DNA from: an uncultured archaeon
Lineage (GTDB): Archaea > Thermoproteota > Nitrososphaeria > Nitrososphaerales > Gagatemarchaeaceae
Assembly (NCBI GenBank): GCA_963799775.1
Contig: CAWCYD010000003.1
Location: 1,056,001 to 1,120,000, forward strand
DNA length: 64,000 bases
Reading direction: 5' to 3'
In this document: positions 29,182 to 38,427 of the stretch, one piece after another
Numbering within the stretch: the stretch's first letter is position 1
How the letters are laid out: each line of letters starts with the position of its first letter
Program-made: the position numbers and the translations under genes
The notes under the pieces: generated by a model
Database searches by the model: none
What the model was told of the DNA's origin: nothing
The model's input: the letters and a program-made list of their open reading frames with translations, nothing else

Positions 29182-31074
29182 TCAGCCGAAGGTCGGAACG
29201 CCGCTGCCAGCTATGCCCACGCCCCCAGGCGTGAAGAGCTCGGTCTCCACGACCTCCTTGCTTATCTCACTACGTCCGGCGACGACGAGGCCGCTCTGAC
29301 CGTGCTCGCCCGCCATGACAAGTATGCTAGTTATCGTCTGGACCGCGTGGATGTCCGCCAATTGGGACCCGGTGACGGTGCTTGCGACGTAGATCTCGCC
29401 CTGGATCGTACCCATGTAGGCGATTCCGCTGGCGACCATTATGAAGCTGAATTGCTGGTTCGCGACGGGGGCCTGCCAAGCGAAGGTGAGCTTTGACAGG
29501 TCGAAGGCGAAGGCAGTGCTGTTCCAATTGTTGCCAAGAGGGGTCTGACTTCCGAGGGAGCTTGAACGAGGGTCGAGCGCTCCGATGAGCAGCTTGTTGT
29601 TCGAATCGTAGGAGATGTTCGCGTTGTTGACCTCCACCGGTCTGGTAGAGTTCGAGGCCCCCGTGATGGATGCGAGTGTCTCCTTCATCTGCGTCTGGTT
29701 CATGATGTTAGGGATAGTCGCGCCCGAGACCCTTGAGACGCCGGGCATCTGACCCGAGTATAGCAATGCTCCGGTGGTCGGGTTGAGAAGGAAGAGGTAA
29801 CCGTTCTCGCACTGCTTGGCGATGACCTGTTGACTGGTCCCGCCGATGGTGGCCTGGACGAGTGCGATGTTTCCCTTGCAACCCCAGCCCCAGACGTCGT
29901 GTGGTGTGAGCTGGAAGGTCCACAGGATGTTCCCTGTCGTCGTTTGGAGGGCGATTATCGAGCTGCTGAACAGGGCCGGCCCGTTGAAAGCGCTGTTCAT
30001 CGAGACAGTCTGAGGAGGGCTGGTGACGATATAGGTCGTGTCCGTCGCTGTGTCCGAGACCCAGCTCGAGTTCGAGTCAGGCCCTGAGCTGTATACGGCG
30101 TTCCCTGACTGCGCTGTCCAGTCGTTGGACAAGAGGGATTGCACCGTGCTTGTTGGAAGGGTCCTCAGGTCGACGGCCGAGGGCCCGTTGAACTCCCAGA
30201 CGTGAGGAATCGAGTTGACCTGCGCCAGCTCCCAGCCAGGGTTGCTCCCGTCCTGAGGAGGCGAGAGATACGTCAGCCATTGCTGGGTGGCACTCTCCAC
30301 CTTGAACGATGTTGAGGCGAAGGAGAGCGTCACGTTCTTCGTCCCCAGCTTCCAGCCTTCGATGAGCCCCCGTCCGGGAATTCCGGTGGTGTTGACGCTC
30401 GGGCCTGTCACCAAGATCGACCTAGGTTCGTCGATTGCAAGGTTGGGCGCCGCCCATGAGTACGTCCCCACGTTGCCGTCTTGCCCCTTGGCGGGGACCG
30501 TCTCGTTGAATCCGTAGTTGGCGTTGACTGCTCCTACTGACAAGAACCCGTAGACGCCGTCCCACGGAGTTGTCGCCCAGACCTCAGGCTGGCCGCCGAT
30601 CGTCCTAGTGGCTTCCACATGGAAGTAGGGGGCGACCGATGGTATCTGGTTGCTTGGTGCGTTGGGCATCGGCGCACTGTAGACTTCGAGCTGAGTCTCG
30701 ATGTTCACCGCGTACATCTCGAAGTTGCCGACGTTGCCGAGGTAAGCAATCCCTCCCAGACCCACCTGTCTGCTTATGCCTCCGGCCACGAAGGGTGTGG
30801 CTTGGTAAGGATAGGAATTGTAGGCGCTCTCAGCAAGCAGAGAGGCGTTGGCAGGCGGTAGCCCCGGGTCCGAACTACAGCCGCAACCGAAGACGTCTCC
30901 GTACTCTGTGAGGGAGTCGTATGACGGCGGCCCCGTTGACGTCGTACTCGTCTTTGTCAATACGGCAGGTGCCTCAACGTAAATCACGGCGATTACGATC
31001 AGGGCCGCGATCCCGAGCGCGATGAACATGTTCCGATCTCTGGATTTGGAACGCGGCCTTGACTTGACGGCCAA
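29182..31074 (-). CDS. PQQ-type beta-propeller protein 3 (N-terminal TM anchor, degenerate active site)
   Basis: GRGLIEGW, GPALFSSSIIAL..TGNILWTFQLTPHDVWGWGC, QCENGYLF. Confidence 0.8.
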   Translation of the reverse strand: MAVKSRPRSKSRDRNMFIALGIAALIVIAVIYVEAPAVLTKTSTTSTGPPSYDSLTEYGDVFGCGCSSDPGLPPANASLLAESAYNSYPYQATPFVAGGISRQVGLGGIAYLGNVGNFEMYAVNIETQLEVYSAPMPNAPSNQIPSVAPYFHVEATRTIGGQPEVWATTPWDGVYGFLSVGAVNANYGFNETVPAKGQDGNVGTYSWAAPNLAIDEPRSILVTGPSVNTTGIPGRGLIEGWKLGTKNVTLSFASTSFKVESATQQWLTYLSPPQDGSNPGWELAQVNSIPHVWEFNGPSAVDLRTLPTSTVQSLLSNDWTAQSGNAVYSSGPDSNSSWVSDTATDTTYIVTSPPQTVSMNSAFNGPALFSSSIIALQTTTGNILWTFQLTPHDVWGWGCKGNIALVQATIGGTSQQVIAKQCENGYLFLLNPTTGALLYSGQMPGVSRVSGATIPNIMNQTQMKETLASITGASNSTRPVEVNNANISYDSNNKLLIGALDPRSSSLGSQTPLGNNWNSTAFAFDLSKLTFAWQAPVANQQFSFIMVASGIAYMGTIQGEIYVASTVTGSQLADIHAVQTITSILVMAGEHGQSGLVVAGRSEISKEVVETELFTPGGVGIAGSGVPTFG

Positions 31075-31178
31075 AGGAAAACTAGCCCGAACCCGCCCTT
31101 TGATTTATTAAAGTCTTTTGCACAAATGCCGAACTCTTGCAATATCTCGGAAAAACGGCGATATCCGAAACGTGCGCT

Positions 31179-31280
31179 CTAGTAGTGTCCGAAGACCAGG
31201 TAGATCTCGATGCCCACGATGACAGCCATGACGGCAAGGATTCCTATGAGCACGAGGGACCTCTTCAGTCGCCGGCTCAC
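31179..31280 (-). CDS. Predicted 33-aa single-TM small protein
   Basis: Hand translation MSRRLKRSLVLIGILAVMAVIVGIEIYLVFGHY*. GTG start 7 bp after the 31288 stop. Confidence 0.5.
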   Translation of the reverse strand: MSRRLKRSLVLIGILAVMAVIVGIEIYLVFGHY

Positions 31281-31287
31281 TCCGATC

Positions 31288-31812
31288 TCAACCTTCGCTT
31301 GTTGCAGTGATGACATTGATGATCCCCGTTATCGTCGAGAGCAGCGCGATCACGATTAGAGTGCCTATGGGAATGACAGCCCAAGCTATGATCTGGGTGA
31401 TGACGGCCTGGCCGAATCCGTTGTGATACAAGTGCCCCCCATAGTAGCCTGCGTCTATGCCCATGAATGCGCAGATTCCGAATACGGCCCCCTCGAACGT
31501 GGTCAACTGGGCCAGAGCTAGAAAGTCGCTGACCGTGTTCCTGTCGTAGACCCTCGGCAGCATGTAGTAGATGAAACACCACAGGAAGCAGCCCACGACG
31601 CCGACTATCACAAAGACGAACCAGGAGATGAACATCCACGTGCCCGGCCAGACCTCCATCTTGAGAGGAAGGCCAAGTTGCGGCACTAGGACAGGGAGAG
31701 TAGCGGCGACGGCCACCACGATGTTGAACAGGCCCATCTTGAAGAAGTACCTTGAGGCCTGCTCAGAACGGACCGGCCCGAAGAGCGGCTGCTGACCCAT
31801 GTTCTTCACCAT
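31288..31812 (-). CDS. Unassigned membrane protein, WPG family paralogue 2
   Basis: LPVLVP..WPGTWMFISWFVFVIVGVVG..FIYYMLPRVYDR. Confidence 0.75.
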   Translation of the reverse strand: MVKNMGQQPLFGPVRSEQASRYFFKMGLFNIVVAVAATLPVLVPQLGLPLKMEVWPGTWMFISWFVFVIVGVVGCFLWCFIYYMLPRVYDRNTVSDFLALAQLTTFEGAVFGICAFMGIDAGYYGGHLYHNGFGQAVITQIIAWAVIPIGTLIVIALLSTITGIINVITATSEG

Positions 31813-31877
31813 TCAACCTCCTAAAGCACTTGCAAATGAGGGTTTGGGAGTCTCAGGCGTCTCTTCGAGGCCCGGCT

Positions 31878-32706
31878 CTACTGTAGAGTTCGCTCGCTGG
31901 ACCTGTTCGTGCTACGCTTCCTCTTGATGTAGACCACGAGCGGAAGCGAGGCCAGGTAGCACGCCACGGCGATCGCAGCGGCAGCCCCTCCGTAGAAGTA
32001 GACCCAGTTCTTGAACGGGCTCTCAGAGTATCTCTGCGGCAGCGGAGGCCCTGTCAGCTGCCACTGGGGGAAGGTGGTCGCCCCGAGCGAGAATTGCGTG
32101 GTGAAGCTCTGGTAGTACGAGTTCTCCTGAGATATCAGCCACTGCCCTCCTTGATTGACGTAGTCGAAAGTAGAGTCGATCACGCCGTTGAAGTTGCCCA
32201 GGATGTGGCTGTTACCCGTGAAGTTCAAGACAGCGGTGGCCTCGGCTATATTCGGGTTGCTCGGGTTGCCCTTGGCCGTGAAGTTGCTGATGGTGTAGGA
32301 CAGCGCCGTCGCACCACCGATGGCCGTTGAGAGAGTGAACTTGATGTTGCTCTGACCGCTATAGGTTCCACCCAGCCCTTGGGTGTTCCCTGACCAGATC
32401 ATCACGCCGTTGGAGGTAAAGTCACCCGCGGAAGCCGTCGGGTCGCGCGCGTTGATGTGCGCAATGTGAGTCTGGAGCACCGACAGACCAAAGCCGGCCG
32501 GCGCATGGACCTGTGCAGCCTTGGCAGCCCGTCGCTGCGGAGGTGGTCACGCCCGTGCTCGAAGACCCCGTTATCGAACTCGAAATCGAAGAACCGATGC
32601 CGCTCAAAGCCGAATTTCCTGCCACGAAAATTGCCGCCATCCCAGCGATTGCGATGACGACGATTACCACTCCCAGTGCAAATGACCTAGCTATGCCCTT
32701 CTGCAA
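31878..32706 (-). CDS. Surface protein with NTF2/SnoaL-like domain and C-terminal TM, paralogue 1 (frameshift at about 32490)
   Basis: KG-IA signal, W.G...G.Y.G, GQWLISQE, TTFPQW..YSESPFKNWVYFYGG. Paralogue at 58831..59574. Confidence 0.7.
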
Positions 32707-32884
32707 GTTGCATGAGGATGTCGCAATATGAGTTTAAAAGATTTCTCTTTCCCCACTTCGAATTCTCTGTTCTTTCAAGACTTGCTTCGCCACACCAAAG
32801 TGATGTTTGCACGTGACTGAAACCGGGTGCGGAAAACAACCTCGGTCTAGTGAAAACAGAAGGAAATCTTCAGCTGGCCTGGGA

Positions 32885-33406
32885 CTACGGTCCTTGAGTC
32901 GCCGCGCCAGGACTCTGCGGGGGCGTCGTCGTCGGATTAGCCTCTGCTGGGTTCACGTTCGTGTACGGGATTGTGAGCTCACAGATGCCACCAAGACCCG
33001 AGGCTCTCCCTGTGTACGGGTCGCAAGACAATCCCTGTGGCGTCCCGCAGTCTATCGGGCATGTGCTGCACGACTCGTTGGGGTCGCAGACGCCGTTACC
33101 GCAAGACGCCTTGAACTGGGTGCATTGCGTCGAGTTGAAGTTGGACGGGCACGGGTAGGTGGCTGCGTTCGGCAGAAGAGGCGCTACCACGTATCCAGCC
33201 GGGATGTATCCGAGGTACTTTTGGCCCGGATCGACTTGGTTGTTCTGCGTGATTTGCGCCGAGGTGAGCGAACCGTTGTTTGCCGAGCTGGATGAAGAAC
33301 CAGCTCCGCTCGAGGAATAAGTGTAAAGCCCTCCTGCGCCCAGTCCAACCAATCCGATTAGGAGCACTACTATGGAGACTTGAACCATCGCTCCAGAGCG
33401 TTCCAT
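32885..33406 (-). CDS. Membrane-anchored Cys-rich small protein
   Basis: CGNGVCDPNESCSTCPIDC module plus further Cys. Confidence 0.7.
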   Translation of the reverse strand: MERSGAMVQVSIVVLLIGLVGLGAGGLYTYSSSGAGSSSSSANNGSLTSAQITQNNQVDPGQKYLGYIPAGYVVAPLLPNAATYPCPSNFNSTQCTQFKASCGNGVCDPNESCSTCPIDCGTPQGLSCDPYTGRASGLGGICELTIPYTNVNPAEANPTTTPPQSPGAATQGP

Positions 33407-33581
33407 ATTACCAAAACACCGACAAATAACGAAGGCCCCGGGATAATTAAAGCTTTTTCCAGTTCATTCGAGCTCATAATTGTCTCCATTAGCATAGCGG
33501 GGTTCTTACTAAGACAAGCCGGATGATTTAGTGTGCTAGGCCGCTTTTTCGGGTTTCAAGTTAATAGCATGATGTCCGCCG

Positions 33582-34715
33582 TCAGGCCTTGACCAGAGCG
33601 GTCATCGAGACTATCGAAGGGGAAGAGCAGACCGGAGGCGCCGTCGTGGAGGAGGCCGAGCCCGCACCGAGGCTGGCGCAGATCAGTGCGACGTAGTAAT
33701 CTGCCGCAGCGTACTCGGTCCAGGCGAACTGATTAGACGGATGGGCGAAGCTTTCTAGAATCTGGTCGTGGGTCATCGATGAGATGGGCAGGGCGGTCGT
33801 CGAGGTTGCCGTCGTCGAGTTCGATGTCATCCCTGATGAGGTGGTGGTCGTTGCTTGACCAAAGTCTTGGGCGTCCGCCCCCAAGACGGCGTAGTTACCC
33901 CAGATCGTGTAGGGTGTTCCCACGTAGTTGTTCTCGCTGACTATGAGGTTGGAGGCCGCCTCGTAGACTGAGTTGTTCAGCTCCTTGGCCTGCTGCTGGA
34001 AGTATGTCAGGGACGCCATGTTGAATCCCTGTGTTATCGGGGAGGCGTAATCGATTGACACGAAATTCACATACGTGCCATTGAAGGAGTTCCCCCAGTC
34101 CACGGCCGACGTGGAGTTGTAATGGGCGGGCGCCCAATAGAGGGTAGGGACGTCGCCATCTCCCAGCGAGCTATAACCGATGAAGAGGTTCTCGAACGAG
34201 CCGAACCTGCTCAATGCCAGGGCCATGGCCCATCGGTTCTCTCCGCAATAGACGCAGGATATCGCACCCAGGTATGTCACGGTGGGTTTGCCATTGACCA
34301 GGAAGGTCGGGGCGGGGGCTATCTCCTGTCCAACGGCGTTTGTAAGGCTCCCATTGAGATACATCCTGGCGGCCGTCTCGAAGTAGGAGGTGGGTTCGTC
34401 GTTAATCATCGCGAGCTGCGACGAGTTCAAGGGAAGATTGATGTCGGTTAGCCTCTGACCGAAAGGCTGCTGGACGAGTATTGGGAGCGCGTCGGGAAGA
34501 GAGAGAGGGGGGGTTATCAGAGAGCCGGTCACAGAGATGGGCGCGAGGCTAGTCGTCCTGGTCGACGTGCCAGCCTGTAGCCGTTCCACCTGCAAGTAAA
34601 GGGAAGCGACCAGGGCCAGAGCGATGAGGCTGACAGCCAGCGCTGCATAGGAGACCAGCTTCACTCGCCCGTAGCTGCTCTTCGGCTTGGCCGGTGGTGC
34701 CTGCATTGATCTCAA
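33582..34715 (-). CDS. DUF929 family membrane-anchored thioredoxin-like protein
   Basis: NGKPTVTYLGAISCVYCGENRWAMALALSRFGSF, VPTL. Confidence 0.8.
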   Translation of the reverse strand: MRSMQAPPAKPKSSYGRVKLVSYAALAVSLIALALVASLYLQVERLQAGTSTRTTSLAPISVTGSLITPPLSLPDALPILVQQPFGQRLTDINLPLNSSQLAMINDEPTSYFETAARMYLNGSLTNAVGQEIAPAPTFLVNGKPTVTYLGAISCVYCGENRWAMALALSRFGSFENLFIGYSSLGDGDVPTLYWAPAHYNSTSAVDWGNSFNGTYVNFVSIDYASPITQGFNMASLTYFQQQAKELNNSVYEAASNLIVSENNYVGTPYTIWGNYAVLGADAQDFGQATTTTSSGMTSNSTTATSTTALPISSMTHDQILESFAHPSNQFAWTEYAAADYYVALICASLGAGSASSTTAPPVCSSPSIVSMTALVKA

Positions 34716-35026
34716 CGGTCGGAAGGCTCTAGATAAGACTTGGCTAGGGTCAATCGAGCCATTACAACCCGGTTCGGCAAGAACGAATCATTCCTCCGAC
34801 TTTTCATTTCATCTCAGTCGTGTTACATAGAATCCGCGAAGTGCTTATGGTCCAAGTAGGCTCCGTAACGATTCGTTTTCACATCGCGCAATTGGCTTCG
34901 ACCGAGGTTTTCAACAAGGGGCAGAGCGTGAAAGACGGGCAGAATTGAATCTGTTTGAGCCAAGAAGCTGACATTGGGGTCGTCATCGAGCAAAAATTAT
35001 ATAGTCTGAGTGCAAACCGACGCAAG

Positions 35027-35586
35027 ATGCGAACTGAGGACTTAGCAAATGAGTTCCTGAAGCTTTCCGTCGTGAACGGTTTCTTGGCGCTGGTTTTCAC
35101 CGTCCCCATTCTTGACCCGTCCCTATGCATCGCAACCCCTCCGGGTCTCTTCGGGTGCCTGTCCACGATGGACATCCAATGGCCAGGGACCTGGCTCTTA
35201 TCGCGTGGATAGTCTGGATCATCGTGGCCGTCGGAGGGAGCATGTTCTTCGGCGTGTCCTACTACTTCATGGCCAAGTTCTGGAACAGAGTCAAGGCCAA
35301 CAACCTCCTGAGCACTCTCCACCTGGTCCTCTTCGAGGTGGGCACCTTCGGTGCGTGCGGATTGATGGCGGCGATTGGGTACGTGGGAGGAAGCTACCTA
35401 GCGCACGGCGGAAACGCCATAGTCTCGTCAGCTATAATCCAGCAGAACATCATTCCACCCTTGTCCAGCGACCCATCTAGCGTGTTCTACGACATGCCCC
35501 CTGTGGTCGAGGCGGCCTTCATAGGCCTCGCCCTCCTAGGCGTCCTTGTAGGCCTAGTCAACTGGTACATGCTAAAGTCCGAGTAG
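35027..35586 (+). CDS. Unassigned membrane protein, WPG family paralogue 3 (frameshift at about 35197)
   Basis: VPILDP..WPGTWL joins IAWIVWIIVAVGG..SYYFMAKFWNR. TATA-like AATTATA lies about 30 bp upstream of ATG 35027. Confidence 0.7.
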
Positions 35587-35619
35587 GACGCGCCTCGACC
35601 CTCTCAAAACAGCAACGGG

Positions 35620-35727
35620 CTAGCTGTAGCTGGTCCTCTCGCGGTCAATCTTCACGGACTCAGTCCGTTGTCCAAGGATATTCCCCGTCGCGCCGCGTTT
35701 CAAGGCCACCAGGTAGTCGAGAGACAT
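35620..35727 (-). CDS. Putative 35-aa peptide with a C-terminal ExxxY (ERTSY) motif
   Basis: Hand translation MSLDYLVALKRGATGNILGQRTESVKIDRERTSYS*. GAAGG upstream. Coding status uncertain. Confidence 0.3.
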   Translation of the reverse strand: MSLDYLVALKRGATGNILGQRTESVKIDRERTSYS

Positions 35728-35776
35728 AGCCTTCGCTAGCAGTATGCTTGACTGTCTAGTGAGGTCTACTCGTGAC

Positions 35777-36136
35777 TTAGACGCCGTCGCCGTCAGAGTC
35801 TTGGACGCCGCTGAACTCTGTCGTAGTCCCGTAGATGGTGGTAGTCACTGTGCCGAGAGACGTGGTCGTCGAAGTGGTGGTGGATGTGCTCGTCGTGCCT
35901 GCTGCTCCGCCGACCGTTGTCACCACCGTCGTAGTGGAAGTGCTGGTGCCTCCCGCCGTTCCCGTAATGGTGGTCATGGCCGTTGACGTGCTCGTGGTGG
36001 TTGTCTTGGTGCCCGAGCCGGTCCCAGCATAGTAGCCTATTACGCCCACGACGATGGCTACGACGATTATGGCGCCTACTGCCGCGCCTGAGGCCAGAGC
36101 GCGCCGTCTGCTACCCGAGGATGAGAATTTAGTCAA
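35777..36136 (-). CDS. Thr-rich pilin-like small surface protein ending DSDGDGV
   Basis: RRA-LA class III-like signal, hydrophobic helix, Thr tracts. Probable TTG start at 36136. Confidence 0.7.
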   Translation of the reverse strand: MTKFSSSGSRRRALASGAAVGAIIVVAIVVGVIGYYAGTGSGTKTTTTSTSTAMTTITGTAGGTSTSTTTVVTTVGGAAGTTSTSTTTSTTTSLGTVTTTIYGTTTEFSGVQDSDGDGV

Positions 36137-36140
36137 TTTC

Positions 36141-36488
36141 TTACACTCCATCTCCGTCCGCATCATTCACACACCCTGGACAAAGGGAGTAGACCGTTTG
36201 CACGGAGCTCTTCGTTATCGTTGTGTTGCTGCCGACCGTCGAGAGGATGGTGGTCGTAGTAACGATCGGTGCGCCTGGGGCTCTAGTCGCGGTGGAAGTC
36301 GCCGTGACAAGGACGACCGATCCGCTCCCTCCGACGCTGGCGGTGCTGGTGGTCACCATGACCGTCGTCGAGGTCGAAGAGGACCCGCTCTGCCCGACGA
36401 AATATCCTATCACGCCTACTACGATTGCTACAACTATGACTGCCCCTGCGAGGGCCGCTGTCCCGACACCCTTCCGTTGGAACTTCAC
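36141..36488 (-). CDS. Thr-rich pilin-like small surface protein ending CPGCVNDADGDGV
   Basis: RKG-VG signal and IVVAIVVGVIGY helix shared with its neighbour. Confidence 0.7.
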   Translation of the reverse strand: MKFQRKGVGTAALAGAVIVVAIVVGVIGYFVGQSGSSSTSTTVMVTTSTASVGGSGSVVLVTATSTATRAPGAPIVTTTTILSTVGSNTTITKSSVQTVYSLCPGCVNDADGDGV

Positions 36489-36597
36489 GAGCGAACCGCC
36501 CCCGGAAGGAGATATTTAGGAATTTCCCAGCATGCTCGCTCGAGGGACGGGCTCACCCTGTTTGCGGACCCTTGCAGTGCACCTAGAGCCGGTTGGG

Positions 36598-38346
36598 CTA
36601 AAGATAGCCCCAACGCCGCCGCCTCCTCGTTGCGATGTACCCAACGGCGACGAGACCCAGGCATATCACGAAGGCAATAGCAGCGATTTGGACGGTTCCA
36701 AGAGACTGTGGCTTCGCTCCGCTGCCACCCACGGCGATCAAGAGCACGCTGTTGAGCAATGAGGTGGGAATGTTGAGACACGCCACTCCGGCGGTCCCAT
36801 TGAGTTGCGCAGCCACGACCCAAGATGGCGCTTCGTAGAGGCTCGCTTGCGACGAGCCTGGGAGGTTCGGGCTGCGAATGCAGATGTTTGTCGTCCCTCC
36901 CGAGATGCCCGATACTTTGGCCTCGAAGAGAACGGGGTTCGAGAGCCCTGCGTTCCCAGTCCCGGGGGGCTGGGATGAGAGGTCAGCGGAGAAGAAGTTG
37001 ACCAGCGACCCCGAGGTGACACCAGAAGACTCGAGCCTGAACCCAGTCTTCGACGTCTCATCAACGCCAGCCACGCCGCCAGAGACGATGGCGTCAGCTC
37101 CAGCGGTGACGGAAGCGGGCCCCGCAAACTCAAGGACTCTATCATTCGCTTGGTCAGCCACCCAAAGGTTTCCCAGATGGTCGAAAGAGACGCCGAGTGG
37201 ATTTTGGACGCTATCCTGCGAGAGCGAGAAGACGTTGGTGGTAAACTGCGACGGCCCTTCGGGTTGGCCTATCTCGAAAGATGCGCTCATGCCGTCAGAG
37301 AATGGCGGCTTGAATCCCAGGATCCTGTTGTTTGCCCGGTCTGAGACGAGGAGATCACCGGAGGAGTCGAAGGCCAGCCCCACTGGCGCATTGAACCCGG
37401 ATGCGGTCAGAGCCGAGGAGTTGGCAAGGAACTGGCCGGGACCAGCCGGCTGGCCTATCTCCACCTCTGCGTTGGGCCCGTTCGATTTCAGAGACGCAAC
37501 ACCGAATTCAAGGACACGGTTGTTGTTCTCGTCGGTCACCCAAAGGTTCCCCGCAGAATCGAAGGCGATGGCCTCTGGTCCGTTCAGGCCGCTCTGCGTA
37601 GTAGACGCAACGCTTGTGTTGAGAAACCTCTGGCCGATGACGACGGAGGGGGAGGCTCCGTCGATGAAAGGAGGGACGTACTCGACGATTCTGCTGTCGA
37701 CCCTGTCTGTCACCCAGAGATCTCCCGCGGAGTCGAATTTCAAGTCTAGAGGAGCCGCGAGCCCGTTGCTTGGCGGCCGTTGGCCGTGAGATATGAATTG
37801 CAAGTCGCCGGCGGGCTGACCTAGCTCCAGGGACGCGTTCATCCCATCCGAGAAAGGCGGGACATACTCCGTGATGCGACTGTCCACGAAGTCGCTCACC
37901 CAGAGGTCGCCGTTCTTGTCGAATGCAAGACCCACAGGTCCAAACAAACTGCTCTGGCTGGCGGTGGTTTGGTTGGTGGCGAAGTCGGGCTGGCCAATCT
38001 CGAGAGTGGCCGCCTCTCCGTCGGTGAAAGGCGGCTTGAATTCCACGACCCGGTGGTTGTTTTCGTCAGCCACCCAGAGATTGCCCGATGCATCGAAGGC
38101 GGTCTTGAACGGCTTGTTGAGGCTGTCCGGCGCCAGGCTTGGAGCCACTGATGAGAAATTCGCCTGGCCGATCACTGTGGACGCGAATTGACCCCCCGCC
38201 TGGAACGCGTCCGCCCTATGGAGAGAGACAGAGAGGACGCTGACGCATGTGGATGCCAAGAGCAGAAAGAGGACACCGCCTGCCGTAAGATCGGTGCGGC
38301 GTACAATCAAGCCGCTTCGGTCGGCTCTCGTTCCCCGGTGTCTCAT
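36598..38346 (-). CDS. NHL-repeat beta-propeller surface protein 1
   Basis: Repeated P..+AFD.SG.LWV.D..N.RV+EF.PPF.DG; signal peptide; C-terminal TM plus RRRRR. Confidence 0.9.
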   Translation of the reverse strand: MRHRGTRADRSGLIVRRTDLTAGGVLFLLLASTCVSVLSVSLHRADAFQAGGQFASTVIGQANFSSVAPSLAPDSLNKPFKTAFDASGNLWVADENNHRVVEFKPPFTDGEAATLEIGQPDFATNQTTASQSSLFGPVGLAFDKNGDLWVSDFVDSRITEYVPPFSDGMNASLELGQPAGDLQFISHGQRPPSNGLAAPLDLKFDSAGDLWVTDRVDSRIVEYVPPFIDGASPSVVIGQRFLNTSVASTTQSGLNGPEAIAFDSAGNLWVTDENNNRVLEFGVASLKSNGPNAEVEIGQPAGPGQFLANSSALTASGFNAPVGLAFDSSGDLLVSDRANNRILGFKPPFSDGMSASFEIGQPEGPSQFTTNVFSLSQDSVQNPLGVSFDHLGNLWVADQANDRVLEFAGPASVTAGADAIVSGGVAGVDETSKTGFRLESSGVTSGSLVNFFSADLSSQPPGTGNAGLSNPVLFEAKVSGISGGTTNICIRSPNLPGSSQASLYEAPSWVVAAQLNGTAGVACLNIPTSLLNSVLLIAVGGSGAKPQSLGTVQIAAIAFVICLGLVAVGYIATRRRRRWGYL

Positions 38347-38427
38347 GGACGGTTCACCAGGATCGCCTCAGAAAGGCTCGTTCTCCGATCGTCGATCGAC
38401 CGCTGACCTACCTCCAGTCGCGGACGG

